From Callorhinchus milii (lineage: Eukaryota): DNA of 64,000 nucleotides. Every line of letters starts with the position of its first letter. Position 1 is the stretch's first letter. The position numbers and the translations under genes are program-made. This document shows, in pieces, positions 1-12,901 of the stretch. The notes beneath the pieces were generated by a model. The model made no database searches. It saw only the letters and a program-made list of their open reading frames with translations, and had not been told where the DNA came from. The stretch spans positions 29,948,001 to 30,012,000 of the forward strand of contig NW_024704742.1 of NCBI RefSeq assembly GCF_018977255.1, written 5' to 3'.

Positions 1-68
1 CCTTTCATTTTTATATTGTGTGCTTCCACTACAGTAGAATGCCAGTTTTCTACATATCTATTTGTCCG

Positions 69-299
69 CATCAGGTTTGGATGTGGTAGTGGATGTGGGA
101 CTGTGAGATACCAGCAAAAAACTCCAGCGATACACCTAAAAGTTAGATCTATGTGCAAGGTTATCAGGGACATCATTGAGTGTCAGTGCGAGAATTGCTA
201 TATACTTCTCAACTGCTAGAAAGTCCCTCAAAGTCCCACATCCATTACCACATCCAAACCTGATGTGGGACTTTCTAGCAGTTGAGAAGTATATAGCAA
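69..299. repeat. Two interleaved inverted repeats (B-A-B'-A')
   Basis: 195-227 and 267-299 form a perfect 33-bp inverted repeat. 69-107 and 227-265 form a 39-bp inverted repeat with 2 mismatches. Confidence 0.95.
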
Positions 300-3200
300 G
301 TATATAGAAAGGATCGCTTACACCTATAATAATAATCCTTGCATTTGATATAGCGCTTTTCACATCTTATAAACATCTCAAAACCCTTCACACAATGTAC
401 TGTAAAGTGAATTGATTGTGTATTTGTGTGGCAGCCAATTGCGCACAGCAATAAATCTATAATTAATTTCTCTGTATAGTTTCAAAACTCATTTTACTTT
501 GATGATTTCAGTTTTTTTACACAGATCTTATTGACATTTGTTTCACTGAAAGCAGCTGGTGTGCTTATTGTTTGGGAGAAGGAGAAAAAAAAACACCACT
601 GAAAAGCTTTTAAATGACCAGACAAAGAGCAAAAATTTGCTAGCTAACACTCTCTGTAACAGTAACAAATAGGAACATTACGCTGCATAAATAAGTTTGT
701 GTTTATGACATGAATTAAGAATGAGGATGCTAAAAGCACCTGTCATATTTGATGTTTTAAGTTTTTCTTCCCTCTGTCTCACCGAAAGTACCGTCGAATA
801 GAATCTGTAACTGAATCATCTGAAATACTCCAGGCTTCACAACCACACAATTACCAGGAGGAACTGGAGCTACTTTAACAGACACAAGGAACAATAACAT
901 CTCATTTCTTCACAGACGGATCATATGGCCGACTATTATCGTTGCATCATGGCTACATTATTGGTCTCTTGGCAGGCTCCTGTGAGACCCTTGTGAATGC
1001 CTCAATAGATTCCAAAAGGATGTGTAAAGCTACAGCATTTACACTGCAGTAGTGCAGATATCTTTTCTTTTCCCCCCTCCCCCATTTTATTGATGAACAA
1101 AGACATTACTGAACAGCGAAATAAAAGCACCAAGTATCTGGGCACATAGACACAAGCAAAAGAAGAAGAGCATAATCCATGAAAGATAAAATAACTAGAC
1201 AGGTGGTGAAAGGCAGTCTTGATGCAAGGCCTCCGAAAAAGCACTGAGACAATAGGATTTTAACAGTCTGTTCCAGCGGCTTCATTTTATTAGCTTTCAT
1301 TTTGTTGTGATTATATCTGATGGACTGACAAGTATATTGGGAAAAATATATTATCCAATGTGAAAGATTCCATCCTCTGCCTCCACCCATTCAACAGTAG
1401 TTGTGGCCACAGGTTTCTGTGTTGTATTATTACCTCTAACAAATAGCTGGGCATTTCAATCCAGTTAAAATTAGGATGCTGACTGAACTCAACTAGAAGC
1501 CTGTGAGGCAAATAGTCAAATATTGGTTGGGGATGGGGGAGCACAGTCAAAACAAGGCACTTGTCAAGTGGCAGATGCACAATTTTGAAAACCCAAACAC
1601 TGTGTTGAAGTTGGAGGTGGGGTTGGGGATGGTGTTCATCTCCACGACCAGTCTTTATGAAGGGATGGGAAAATACGCCTGGGCAGAAAGGATTCGATTT
1701 AGTAATTGTGCAGAACATCAACATTTTTTGCTGCTATTCCATTTCTTCATGTTCTATAATACTTGAACTCACATCGTCTAAGCTGCTACTCCAATGCAGT
1801 AATGGGGTGCGCTGCATTGTCAAACCCGTCCTTCTTTTGAGACGTTAAACTGAGGTCTTATCCGCCTAGTTTTTTCATGAATGTTTGTGGGATGTTGCTG
1901 TGTGCAGTTGGACTGCTTTCAAATACACAGTCACTCCATTTCACAGTAAAAATCCTGTGAAACGCTTTGAGACATCTTTCCAATATGATAAGGCACTATA
2001 CCAAATGCAAGGATTATAATAATCTGTGTATTTGATATAGCTTCTTACTGTAAGGTGAAGTGACCTTGTGTTTTGTAGGCCAACACAGGAGCGAATTTGC
2101 AACGTAATGTCTCACAAATAGGCCTGAAGTGAAGGACAATTTTATTTGGGTCAATCAGGAGAAACTCCCTTTCCTTTTCGAATAGCGCTGTGGGATCTTT
2201 AACTTCTACCTGAACAGGAAGACGGAGCCTCGGTTTAATCTGTGAGCTCAAAGTCCCGACATGGGGTTGGATCCCACAATCTTTTGACTCAAAGACGAAG
2301 TAAGAACAGAATATTTGACAACATAGTTACCCTGGAGTATTTATAATCCACAGAGGGCAACAAACCGGGAAATAACAAATTAATTATTAAACACAGTTCA
2401 GTCACAATTTCTACTTCTCTCTCTCTCGCTCTCTCTGTGTGTACCTTCTCCGAACATTTAGCTTCCCTTCAATTAGAGCGATGAATTAGTGATGGTGCTG
2501 GGGGTGGGGGTAGTGGGGAGTGTAAATGGGCTGCAAAAAGCCTGTGCAATGTAAAGTAGGCATGTGTAAAAGGGGCCACAGGGATCTCAAACAACTGCTA
2601 TTAGCTGATACACTGTACTAATGGATCTCTCCACCAAGCAGGCCATCAAAAGTGACACATTCATCTCACTGGTGACTGCAAGCCGAACACACCCTTTCTC
2701 AATCATTGAAAACCTCCGCCAATGGGATTCAAGGCAATCACTGAACTGCATCATTCAGGAAATCGTGGAACAATATGTCTGCAATGTACACAAAGTGAGA
2801 AGACAGGAATTGTTTTTGTTTGCAGTTAAGCCAGTGAATTCTGACTAACACATGGCTACAGAATAGGTGGAGAGCTCCATTCCATTCCTCAGGCCATCAC
2901 AGCTGATCACGTCACTTGTCAACGTAGAGAATCATGCTTGCTTCTGCCACCTCTCTGTTTAGTCAGAGGAAGCAACTGGAAACCCTATCAGATCGTCCAT
3001 AGTACACCTACAAAGTACACAGTTTACACTTCACAGTGAATTCGGTAAGCGCTGTGAGACGCCCTCCTGATGTGAAAGATGCTACATCAAATGCAAGGAT
3101 AATTATTATTGTTTTGGTGGCAAAAGCTTCCATAGTGGAACTCTTATTAGGGTGGAACTCAATCATGCTACATGTTACAGAATAAGGTCTGCACTACCCC

Positions 3201-3535
3201 ACCACACCACCATCCATCGTAAATTTATTGGATCAAATTATTTTTCTAATTTTCTTCCCATTGACACGTAAAGTGAATTGACTATATTTTGTTGGCGAAA
3301 TGATAATTAGAATTTTACTCTATGGTCAACTCAAACATTGAACCAAATGTCCAAAACACACCCAGTTATCAATCTTGTCCAACTTTAAATTAAAATCAAC
3401 AACCAATTACCTTTGTGAGTAGGAAACACAGCAGAGAGTTAATTGTTGATATAAACTACATGCAAACTACAGTTTTCTCATTCATTCAAACACAAGATGG
3501 AAAATGTTCAATGTAAAAACAAGCCTATATATGCA

Positions 3536-3745
3536 GGGGTTGAAATTCCATCTGGATCTAAAGATTTATTTACTCTATTGATGTAGCATTTCAGAGTGTT
3601 CAGAATTCAGCAAATTCTTAAATATGGCCATAATTTTGAAGTCTATGTACTGTAAGTTTCTTTTAAGAACTACAGAAAAACAACTTCAAAGTTAAGACTG
3701 AACTCAACGTAAATAGAGTGCATCTAGATTTGGGTAGAATTTATT
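3536..3745. mobile_element. Palindromic MITE-like element, copy 1
   Basis: Imperfect terminal inverted repeats (aaattccatctggatcta ... tagatttgggtagaattt). Homologous to 39802-39995 and 49590-49688. Confidence 0.6.
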
Positions 3746-4472
3746 TCCTGATTCTCTGTTTCAGAGACAAACAGAAAATATCACACTTTGATGGCCCTCT
3801 GAGACCAATATTAAGGAACGCTGATGGGATTCAGTAGAGGGAGCTTCAGCCTGTATCTGAGTGAGCTTGATATTCCTGGTGGTGTGGGATGGTATAGAGA
3901 GAGAATGTATACCTGTGTACCAGGAAAATAGGCATTATGGTGTTAGATAGATGCTGGGCTGTGGAAAGCGTTGAAAATATGCGGAAATAAAATGCAGCAA
4001 ATTGCATTCCCTCCATAAATAAAAGCCAAGCATGCAGAAGATAATAAACATTTTCCTTTACCTGGAAAAGTCAATAGTGCTGCAACCTTAGAGAAAAGTG
4101 GCAAGATTTCTTTGGTTACGGAAAAAAAGACCCAAGATGGTACTTAAACTCAGAGCAAGCTGCATCGATTGCTCTCCCTGTGGGCTTTTTTAAATAATTT
4201 CCATTAAGAAGTGAAGCGCACATCTGATTTAGATGAAACTTCAGATTGTTGTTATAACCTGATATTTTCCAGCAGCCACTTCTCTTGCATTTTAAATCAC
4301 TGCTATTACATCACTGTGTTTAAATCCTGAGAGTTGATCCATTAAATGGAAAACACTGAATTGATTTTTTTTGGTTGGTGGGGGAGGGGGTGGCAGGAAT
4401 TGAATACCTGAGAGCACACAGTGTCATGTTCTAACATAAAATCTTAGGCAACATCATTCTACTGCTCAGTAC

Positions 4473-4548
4473 CTGTAAATAGAAGGTTCCTTTGGGTTGA
4501 GCATACATCATTAGAAAGCTGTAATCCAAATTCTGCTTTGTTCTCCAC
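4473..4548 (-). CDS. MGAT4: MGAT4-family exon
   Basis: 76 nt, phase 2-0; tttctag acceptor, gtactg donor. [25 protein letters not shown]. The next exon (LEDD motif) was not found in 1-4472. Confidence 0.97.
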
Positions 4549-5026
4549 CTAGAAAGAAACAAAAACTCTGCTGCATAAACCGTTGAAAATACCAGTACAT
4601 CGATGCAAGGGAGATTTGATTCAAGTGAGCAAAGAGAGCCTCACGTTTGTGTTTTTCAGCAGCTGTGATTTTGTTTGTAGTTATTAGCTGCTGCAGTCTT
4701 GGTCATGTCATTTATTACTTTTGAAGCACAGCCACATAAAAGTCCTTCATACTGCTAGAAGACCATCTGGAAATCCCGAAAATTATTCTTATTGACCATA
4801 CGGGAAGACATTTCTTCCAGTCCAAACCTAAAGCAAGCTTTGTTTTCCCAGGCAATTTAAAGTGATATCACAATCACATACAAAATACAGAAGCTCAATG
4901 AGCTTTACTTGAATGTTTGGTTTTCTTTGCAGAGGAGTTATGTTCTACTTTAGTGAACGTGGTGGTGGGATTTGATTTTAGGTGCATTTTGGATTTGGAA
5001 GCTTTCAAGACAGTGTATAAGAAAGT

Positions 5027-5650
5027 GTGTTTCAGCTTGCTGAGTAGCATCACCCTCACATCGAGGTCAAAGGTTGTGGGTTCAAATCCCACACTGGGAT
5101 TTGAACTCGCATAGTCGAAGTTGACACTTCAATGCAGTTGTGGGGTGGGGGGGTACGTGGAGTCCTGTAGCTCAGTGGTTAGAGCACTCGCTTTGCAAGC
5201 GAGAGACCTGAGTTCAATTCCAGGCAGGGCGAAACCTTGGGCAAGTTTCCTTACTCCACACACCTAATAATAATCCCTCCAAAACCAAAAACAATAATAA
5301 ATTGGTTATTTTCAATCCACGACTGTTTGTGGGACATTGCTGTGCGCAATTGGCTGCCGCGTTCGCCCACAAATATACAGTCAAGTCACTTTACAGTGTG
5401 TTCTGTGAAGCGCTTTGGGACATCCTCCTAATGTGAAAAGCGCTATATCAAATGCAAGGATTATTATTATTATTATTATTATAGGTGCACTGTTTGAGGT
5501 CCTTCAGATGAGACGTTAAACCGAAGTCTCGTCAGCCTGTTCAGGTAGATATAAAAGATCCCATGACACTATTCGAAAAGAGAAAGGTTTCTCCCGATGT
5601 CCTGTTCAACAATCCTCTAAATCAAATTGGTCACTCACTCCATGGTTGTT
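5027..5650 (+). mobile_element. Old tRNA-head Deu-type SINE interrupted by a young SINE
   Basis: B-box ggttcaaatcc near 5080; core gatgagacgttaaaccga...aaagatcccatgacactattcgaa resumes after 5483. Confidence 0.75.
5157..5482 (+). mobile_element. Young tRNA-Ala-derived SINE (short variant) with Deu-like body and L2-like tail
   Basis: A-box tagctcagtgg, anticodon arm ctcgc-tttgcaa-gcgag, B-box gttcaattcc, body tttgtgggacattgctgtgcgcaattggctgccgcg, (TTA)n tail. Nearly identical copies elsewhere in the window. Confidence 0.93.
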
Positions 5651-5665
5651 TCTGAGCCATTGCAG

Positions 5666-6492
5666 TCTCTCCCACAAGTGGAAACATCTTCCCTATGTCT
5701 ACCCTATCAAAACCTTTCATCATTTTATAGACCTCTATCAGGTCACCCCTTACCCTCCTCTTTTCAAGAGAAGAGTCCAAGCATGTTCAGCCTTTCCTGA
5801 TAGGTATAACCTCTCAGTTCTGGGATCATCCTTGTGAATCTCCTTTGCACCCTCTCCAGTGCCTCTACATCCCTTCTATAATGTGGGAACCAGAACTGCA
5901 CACAGTATTCTAAGTGTGGTCTAACCACGGTTCTATAGAGGTTTACCATAACTTCCCTGCGTTTCATTTCTATCTCTCTAGAAATAAACCCCAATGCCTG
6001 GTTTTCTTTTTTATGGTCTTATTAACCTGGGTTGCTACCTTCAGTGAATTGTGTACGTGTACCCCTAGGTGCCTTTGCTCCTCTATCCCATTTAGGTTTT
6101 AATTTTCCAGGATGTACATGACTTCCTTATTCTTTCTACCAAAATGTACCACCTCACACTTTTCTACATTGGCATTTGCCATTTAAAAATGCCCACTCAG
6201 CAAGTTTATTAATGTCTTGCTGTAATTTGTTGCAGTCCTCCTCTGTATTAACTACTCCCCCCAATTTGGTGTCGTCCGCAAATTTTGAAATTGTACTGCT
6301 GATTCCCGAATCCAAATCATTAGTGTATATTGTGAACAACAGTGGACCCAATACCGAGCCTTGTGGAACACCACTGCCCACCCCCTGCCTGTCTGAGTAG
6401 CTACCCTTTGTCCCTACTTTCTGTTTTCTGTTTTGCAGCCAGCTTGCTATCCATTCTACTATTTTTCCTCTGACTCCACATGCTCTGAACTT
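5666..6492 (-). mobile_element. CR1 LINE fragment (ORF2 RT and C-terminus)
   Basis: [17 protein letters not shown]...SKFADDTKLGG and VRPHLEYCVQFWFPHYRRDVEALERVQRRFTRMI. Confidence 0.95.
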
Positions 6493-8756
6493 GTATTGCA
6501 GGATGGTGCTTTAACCCACTTGGGAAACTTCGTAAATAATGTAATGGAGGAGGTGCTCTTTTGAAAGTACTGCATAGAATACGAGTGAATAAACCAACCT
6601 TTTTTTTATATTGAGGTCAGGAGCTTAATGATAGACCTGGATCCCTAATGAATTCTCCGATCTTTGTAGAGGAGAAATAATGAAAGGGGACGAGGTTTGG
6701 CTGCTGTAATTGCAGCCTCATCATCACTAAAGTAACATAGGTCAGACTGGAGCTTTCATCAACACCGTCATTTGTAAAACTCTTCTGAATTCGGAAGCTC
6801 CTGGCTGGAAGACGGATTGGTATTTCTTATTTCTGGGTGCGGAGCCATCAACCAAGTCATTTTTAATTACCAATCATTTATTTATAAATCGATGGAGTCA
6901 ATTTTAGAAATTAGTTAGGAAAGCAATTTTCCAAACGGCTTGGAAGGAAGTTTCAGACGTCAGGTGATGAACAAAGCCATTTATTCATGGGTCATAGGCA
7001 CTGTGCTCCAACACTTCAGCAAAACTTCTGAAACTAAGTTATTTAGAGTTTGTTTATTGGGACACTTCATCTCTTGATAAGAGTCTGAAACTGCATTCGA
7101 CTTTAGAACAAATCCTTTAGTTAAAATTTTTTCAATTATTTTGAGTTTCACCTAGAAATCACTTCATGCCCTGGCATCTCTCTATCTCCGACCTGTGTTC
7201 AGTTGGGCCTTCTCCACGTCTCTCCCCCCACTCTCCCTCCACTCCACCATTGGTGATTGTGTTTTCAGCCACTAAACTCCAATTCTCTGGAACTCCTTGC
7301 CCCAGTCCCTCCAGCTTGCCCTCTTTGCCCATCTTCATATCATAGCCAAAGTCTTTCCTCTTTGACCGTGCCTACAGTCACTTTCCCTTTATCCCTGGTT
7401 CGGCATCAAAATACACCATTTTACAATGTTCCGAGATGTTACCCTATGTGACAGGCATGATATAGATGCATTTTGTTGTTGTTTCTGGAGAGGTGGTAAT
7501 AGGGGAAAGAGAGGTATTCATGATGCACTAACTCCTAAGACTATTGACTGTTTGTAGGGGATCATGACGTGGTAGGGAAAAGTCTGACAAAAGAAAGATT
7601 GGAAAGTAAAATGCTGCAGTTTGTGAAATCCCATATTTTTGATGTCATCCAATTATTTACAATTTCATTCATGGACAATCTCATTATAATCTCATTATAA
7701 AGAGGTAAGGAAAAAGAGATTTGTATTTTTAGAATGGATTATTGGAAACTATTTGTTTTTTACTGAGCCGGTGATTATATTAGTATTATAACAATACAAC
7801 CCGTATGTCTCACTCGGGTTTTAAAAGCAGAAAATTGGAAGCAGCCAGCAATTACTGCCAACTCATTTCTGATGAATGTGATATAGCTCTATCAGCAGTA
7901 ACACATTGCTGCTCACATAGATATCTGGCAGAAGGAGGCATATCAGCAAGTGACCAGACAACACCATTGAAAAAGTAAAATGGGTGGTATCAATTCCACA
8001 CACTCAACGATAAGTTGTAACCCTAACTTCAGACCATCACTGTGACAAGTTATCTGTCAGACTGAAGCGCTTTGAGACATCCCAATGATGTGATAAGGTG
8101 CTATACCAAATGCAAAGATTATTATTATTAATAATGATATGCAACTAGCGAAAGACAAAGTCATACTTGCTGATCATTTAATTTTCTAAGAATTGTTTTT
8201 TTGGAGAGGTTGTACATATTATTTTGCATATCTGTTATTAAATTTAGTATCTAACCCACATGAGGCATAACTGAATCCATGCAGCTTTCCTTAGGTTGGA
8301 AACAATAGCCACAGTTATAAAAAGTAGCTTTTGAATTAACTGTGCCAACTAATCTCCACAGTCAGCCATTAGCAACCCACCTCTTCCTCTTCAATTAAAC
8401 ATCACACGATCATAAGATTAGTTTTGATGAAGAAGGCCCATTGGCTGATCTCAAACCCCTCCCTCCAGAATACCCACTCTACTTTTCTCCTTGCCAGCAA
8501 GCTTGACGTTGACAGTGCTTTGGCCATCTTTATGTTTGTATTGTACTGATATAGTAATCCATTACACAGTCACATAATTATTCATTGCACCTTTACAGAG
8601 TAAGCCCCATTACGGTCACAGAATAACCTGCACGAATCACAGAATAACCCACCATATGTGGTAACGGAACGTGTACCGTTCTTAAGTGATTGGTAGAAAT
8701 GCTTTTAGTGGAAAGGTAACATAATAGTGTGCTGGTGTATTACTGGATAAACTTAC

Positions 8757-8870
8757 TTAACTCTCTGTTGTGTGTCTCCAAAGGTCTCCCTGAGATTTGA
8801 GAGGTCAGGGTAAAACCCAGGAGAAGGGGAGATGATTTCCAGAAGTCCAGACTCTATTTCATTGTGATAT
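8757..8870 (-). CDS. MGAT4: MGAT4-family exon
   Basis: 114 nt, phase 2-2; cccacag acceptor, gtaagt donor. YHNEIESGLLEIISPSPGFYPDLSNLRETFGDTQQRV(K). Confidence 0.96.
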
Positions 8871-9357
8871 CTGTGGGCAGAAGATCAAGAACTCAAAATT
8901 AATGTTTATTCCAAAGAAACCTATTGAAAACAACACCACGTTGATTTTTCTCTCATTCACCAGAAGGGCAATTAGCAGTTCTTCTGTTGGACTTTCTAAT
9001 TTCTCACACATTGCCTCACAACTGATAATGTTACAATGAAGCTTATGGCTCCAGGCGAAATGTTCCAGTAACTGGGGAAATCTATTTGGCCGAATCCATG
9101 AAAAGGTAACTTGGAAATCAATCTACTAGTAAACTGAACCTAGTAATTGGGCTTGCTTATGCAGAACAGATTTGGACTACACTGCAGGTAATCCAAAAGA
9201 TATTCGTTTTGCCTGAGAGCTCAAATTAGATTGTTATCATTAACATCAATGCCAATATAAGCACCAATTTAACGTGTGGTATTAATACGAGAACCAATAC
9301 AACATAAAATTATCATTTCTTTATGCATGTTATTGGCAACTTTCCAATGATTTTTTA

Positions 9358-12185
9358 ACAACAACAACTTGGATTTATATAGCGCCCTCCAAGCTGGACG
9401 GTGTCTCAGAGCGCTTCACAGTAACGGATCCCGGGGCCGAGCCAGGGGGAGGGGGAGGAAGGTGACCAAAGGCGCGGTCGAAAATAAAGGTCTTCATCCA
9501 AGACCTGAAAATAGGAAGAGAGGGAGCGAGGCGAAGGGAGTGAGGAAGGGAGTTCCAGAGCCTCAGGGTATAGTGGCTGAAGGCACGGCCACCGAGGGTG
9601 GAGCGGAGGATTCGAGGGACAAGGAGGAGGCCAGACCAGGTGAAGTGAAGACAACGGACACTGTTTTGAGGAGAGAGGAGGTCAGAGAGGGAGGGGGGGT
9701 GCAGAGGAGTGGAGGGATTTGAAGACAAGGGTGAGGATCTTGAAGTCGATCCTCTCTGGGACAGGCAGCCAGTGCAGTCTGGCAAGGACTGGGGTACCCG
9801 GGAAGCGGAGTTTGGTACGGGTGGGAATGCGGGCGGCAGAGTTTTGGATGACCTGGATTTTGTGAATGGAAGTCGAGGGGAGACCGGCGAGGAGGGCATT
9901 TGAATAGTCCAACCGAGAGGTGACAAAGGCATGGACCAAGGTTTCAGCGATTTTTGGAGTGGAGTATTAGTGGAGATGGGCGATGTTTCGGAGGTAGAAG
10001 AAAACGGTGCTGGTGAGGGACCGGATGTGGGGGAGGAAAGATAATTGGGGGTCGAACCTGAAGCTTAGGTTGCGTACGGGTTCGGAGAGTTTTAGGGGGA
10101 GATCGGGTAGGTGGAAGAGTTGAGACGCATGTGATTTTAGACGTTGATGAGAGCCAAAGAGTATGGCTTCTGTCTTGTCAACATTCAACTGAAGGAAATT
10201 CGCGCTCATCCAGCTCCTGATGTCTGACAGGCAGATAGAACATTAGGGGCCTGGGGGTCGCAGTGTGAGGTGGAAAAATAGAGTTGGGTGTCGTCCGCAT
10301 ACATGGAAGTGTACCCCATGTCTGCGGATGATGTCAGCCAGTAGTGGGCAGAGGAGGGGGAGCTGGGTGACCAGCAAGTTGGTGGGGAGAGGGTCGAGGC
10401 AGCAGGTGGTGGGTTTCATTGGTGGGTGAGAGGGAGGAAGGAGAGATGGGGAGGAAGGACTGTAGGATGGGGTTCGTGGTAGGAGCTGATGATGGGGAGG
10501 GTGAGGGGGACAGAGAAGGGGTGGTGATGGGTGACGAGAGGCAGAAGGATGAGGCTGCCTGGCAGATGTTATGTATTTTGGATGAAAAGAAGTCCATGAC
10601 CTCCTCGCACTTGGCATTGGATGTGAGGACGCCTGAGGCGGTGCATGGAGGAGGTAGTGGGTGGTGGAAAAAAGGACTTTGGGATTGTTTTTTGACTCCA
10701 AGATGATGTTGGAGTAGAAGGACGTTTTCGCACACGTCAAAGAACGGCGGTAGCTATGGAGATGCTCGAGCCACAGTTGGTGATGAACTGTCAGGCCAGT
10801 CTTCTGCCATCTGCGTTCGAGCAGCCGGGTTTGGGTTTTTAGGGAGTGGAGATGATTGTTATACCAGAGGGATTGGGAGGGTTTTGAGATGGTCCTGGAT
10901 TTCAGGGGGATGAGGGAGTTATAGGTGGAGGAGAGGCGATCATGGAACAGCTGGAGAGCAGCTTCATGATCTCTGCGGGTGGAAGGCCACAGGGATATTT
11001 GGAGTCCTGTAGCTCAGTGGTTAGAGCACTCGCTTTGCAAGTGAGAGACCTGAGTTCAATTCCAGGCAGGGCGAAACCTTGGGCAAGTTTGCTTACTCCA
11101 CTCGCCTAATAGTAATCCCTCCAAAAAAAACCAATAATAAATTGGTCATTTTCAATCCACGACTGTTTGTGGGACTTTGCTGTGCGCAATTGGCTGCCGC
11201 ATTCGCCCACAAATATATAGTCAATTCACTTTACAGTATATTCTGTGAAGCGCTTTGAGACATCTAAAAGACATGAAAAACGCTATATCAATTGCAAGGA
11301 TTATTATATTTGAGGATGTGAAGGCCTTTGTGAGGGTGAGTATGATTGAGGGTTTGGCAGAGGAGAGAGGGATGTGAGAGGAGAAGGAGATGAGGAAGTG
11401 GTCTGAGAAGGCCTTGTCCACTTATGCTAAGGTCGGAAATATAAAGGCCGTGGTGATTACGAGGTCGAGGGCATGACCATGGTTGTGGGTAGGTGAATTT
11501 ATGTGAAGGGTGAGGTTTAGGCAGGAGAGGAGCGCAGTGAAGTCAGAAGAAGTGGTGCAAGGGGAGTGTAGGTGGAGGTTGAAATCGCCCATTATGAGCA
11601 GGCGTTCGGAGCAGAGGGACAGGGAAGAGATGAGAGTAGAGATGTCAGAGAGGAAGGAGCTGGGGTGTTTAGGGGGGCGGTAGACTAGGAGGATTTTCAG
11701 TGGGAGAGAGGGATAGAAGAGGGTGAGGTGCTCAAAGGAGGGGAAGCAGCCAGAGGAGTAGGGGACAAGACCAAAGGAGGCTTTGGAGATGAGGGCCACC
11801 CCTCGCCATGTTGGTTTGAACAGGGGGTATGGTGGAAGGAGGAGCCAGGAGTGGACGGGGTCATTGGGGGAAAGCCAGCTTTCTGTGAGCTCAAGAATGT
11901 CGGATGCTCGTCAAGGATGAGGTCATAGATGGTGAGGGCTTTGTTAGAGAGGGTACGGACATTTTGAAGGGAAATGCGGGTGGGTTTGCTGGTGGGAGGA
12001 GAGGGAGGAGAGAGTGATGCAGAGAGGATTTTAGGGTGTACAGGAGAGATGGTCGTGGAGAATAGTAGGAGAGGAGAGTTGGGGAGGGTACGTATGAGGG
12101 AGGGGGAAGTTGTGCTTGCCTTAAGGAGGCGGTTTGTGCAGAGGGCGTGAATGATGGGACACTTGGGGTTGCTGCTGGGGTTTCT
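9358..12185 (-). mobile_element. L2 LINE, degenerate ORF2 (APE and RT), internally deleted and interrupted by a SINE
   Basis: APE motifs VYRPP, IMGDFNLH, THNHGHALDLVIT; C-terminal motifs FLQLNVDKTE, HAFVTSRLDYSNALL, LHWLPVPERIDFKIL, GGRAFS; (TTG)n tail at 9358-9368. 5' boundary approximate. Confidence 0.93.
11000..11309 (+). mobile_element. Young tRNA-Ala SINE (short body, older-type tail) nested in L2
   Basis: Full head, body and tail; L2 sequence resumes on both sides; short atattt duplication at the junctions. Confidence 0.93.
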
Positions 12186-12901
12186 TCCTCTTTTAGCTCA
12201 GACCAATTTGAGGCCGAGGCATTATGGGACTTTCTAGGTATTTATGGCTCAGTTGCAAACAGTAGCTTAACCAGCCAAGCTATTGGGGGGAGCTGACCAT
12301 CTGTTGATATAACTACGATTGGGCGTGAGTTAAAAAGAAACATTTAGATGTGTACAATTAATGCTTCTTTAAATATACAGTATACTATGAAAAATCCTCA
12401 AAATCACAGAGTGGCCAAAAGTCGAAAAGCCCAAGCATAAAGTTTGATTTTACTTGGGGAGAGGTAATCTCCCTTTATTTACCTTTCTGGTTACCTACTT
12501 ATCAGAGTCAAGAGGAGGAGGAGGAATGTGATCTACAAATACCAATCTGAACTGCTCTTATGACTAGGAAATGATCAAGGACATGCAGAGCATTTCTTTC
12601 CTTCTCAACTTGGGAGCACTTCCTGAGCTATGTCACTGTGGGGATCATGAGCACACTGACATGGGGATTGACCTTAGATTCCACCATTACTGTGGTTCCA
12701 TTCACTGGAGTTCCAGTGTGGTGTATTCCATCATTGTCACAACACCATTTACCAGAGGTCCAATGCACTACAATCCCATGAATATAATGAGGCCATGCTT
12801 GCTCCAAGTATTACATTTCCTGAAGGATTTATGGCAATGCACATGAGCTCCAATGTAGTGCAATTTGCTATTGGCAGGTTAAATGTGTGCAATATAATGA
12901 A

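Noticed and set aside
4062..4177. Exon-like segment (cccacag ... CAG|gtaaag) downstream of the 76-nt exon
   Set aside because: It has an in-frame stop and lacks the expected LEDD motif.
5157..5232. tRNA-Ala(TGC) gene
   Set aside because: It is the head of a multi-copy SINE, continuous with body and tail, with an imperfect T-stem and no poly-T terminator directly after the tRNA part.
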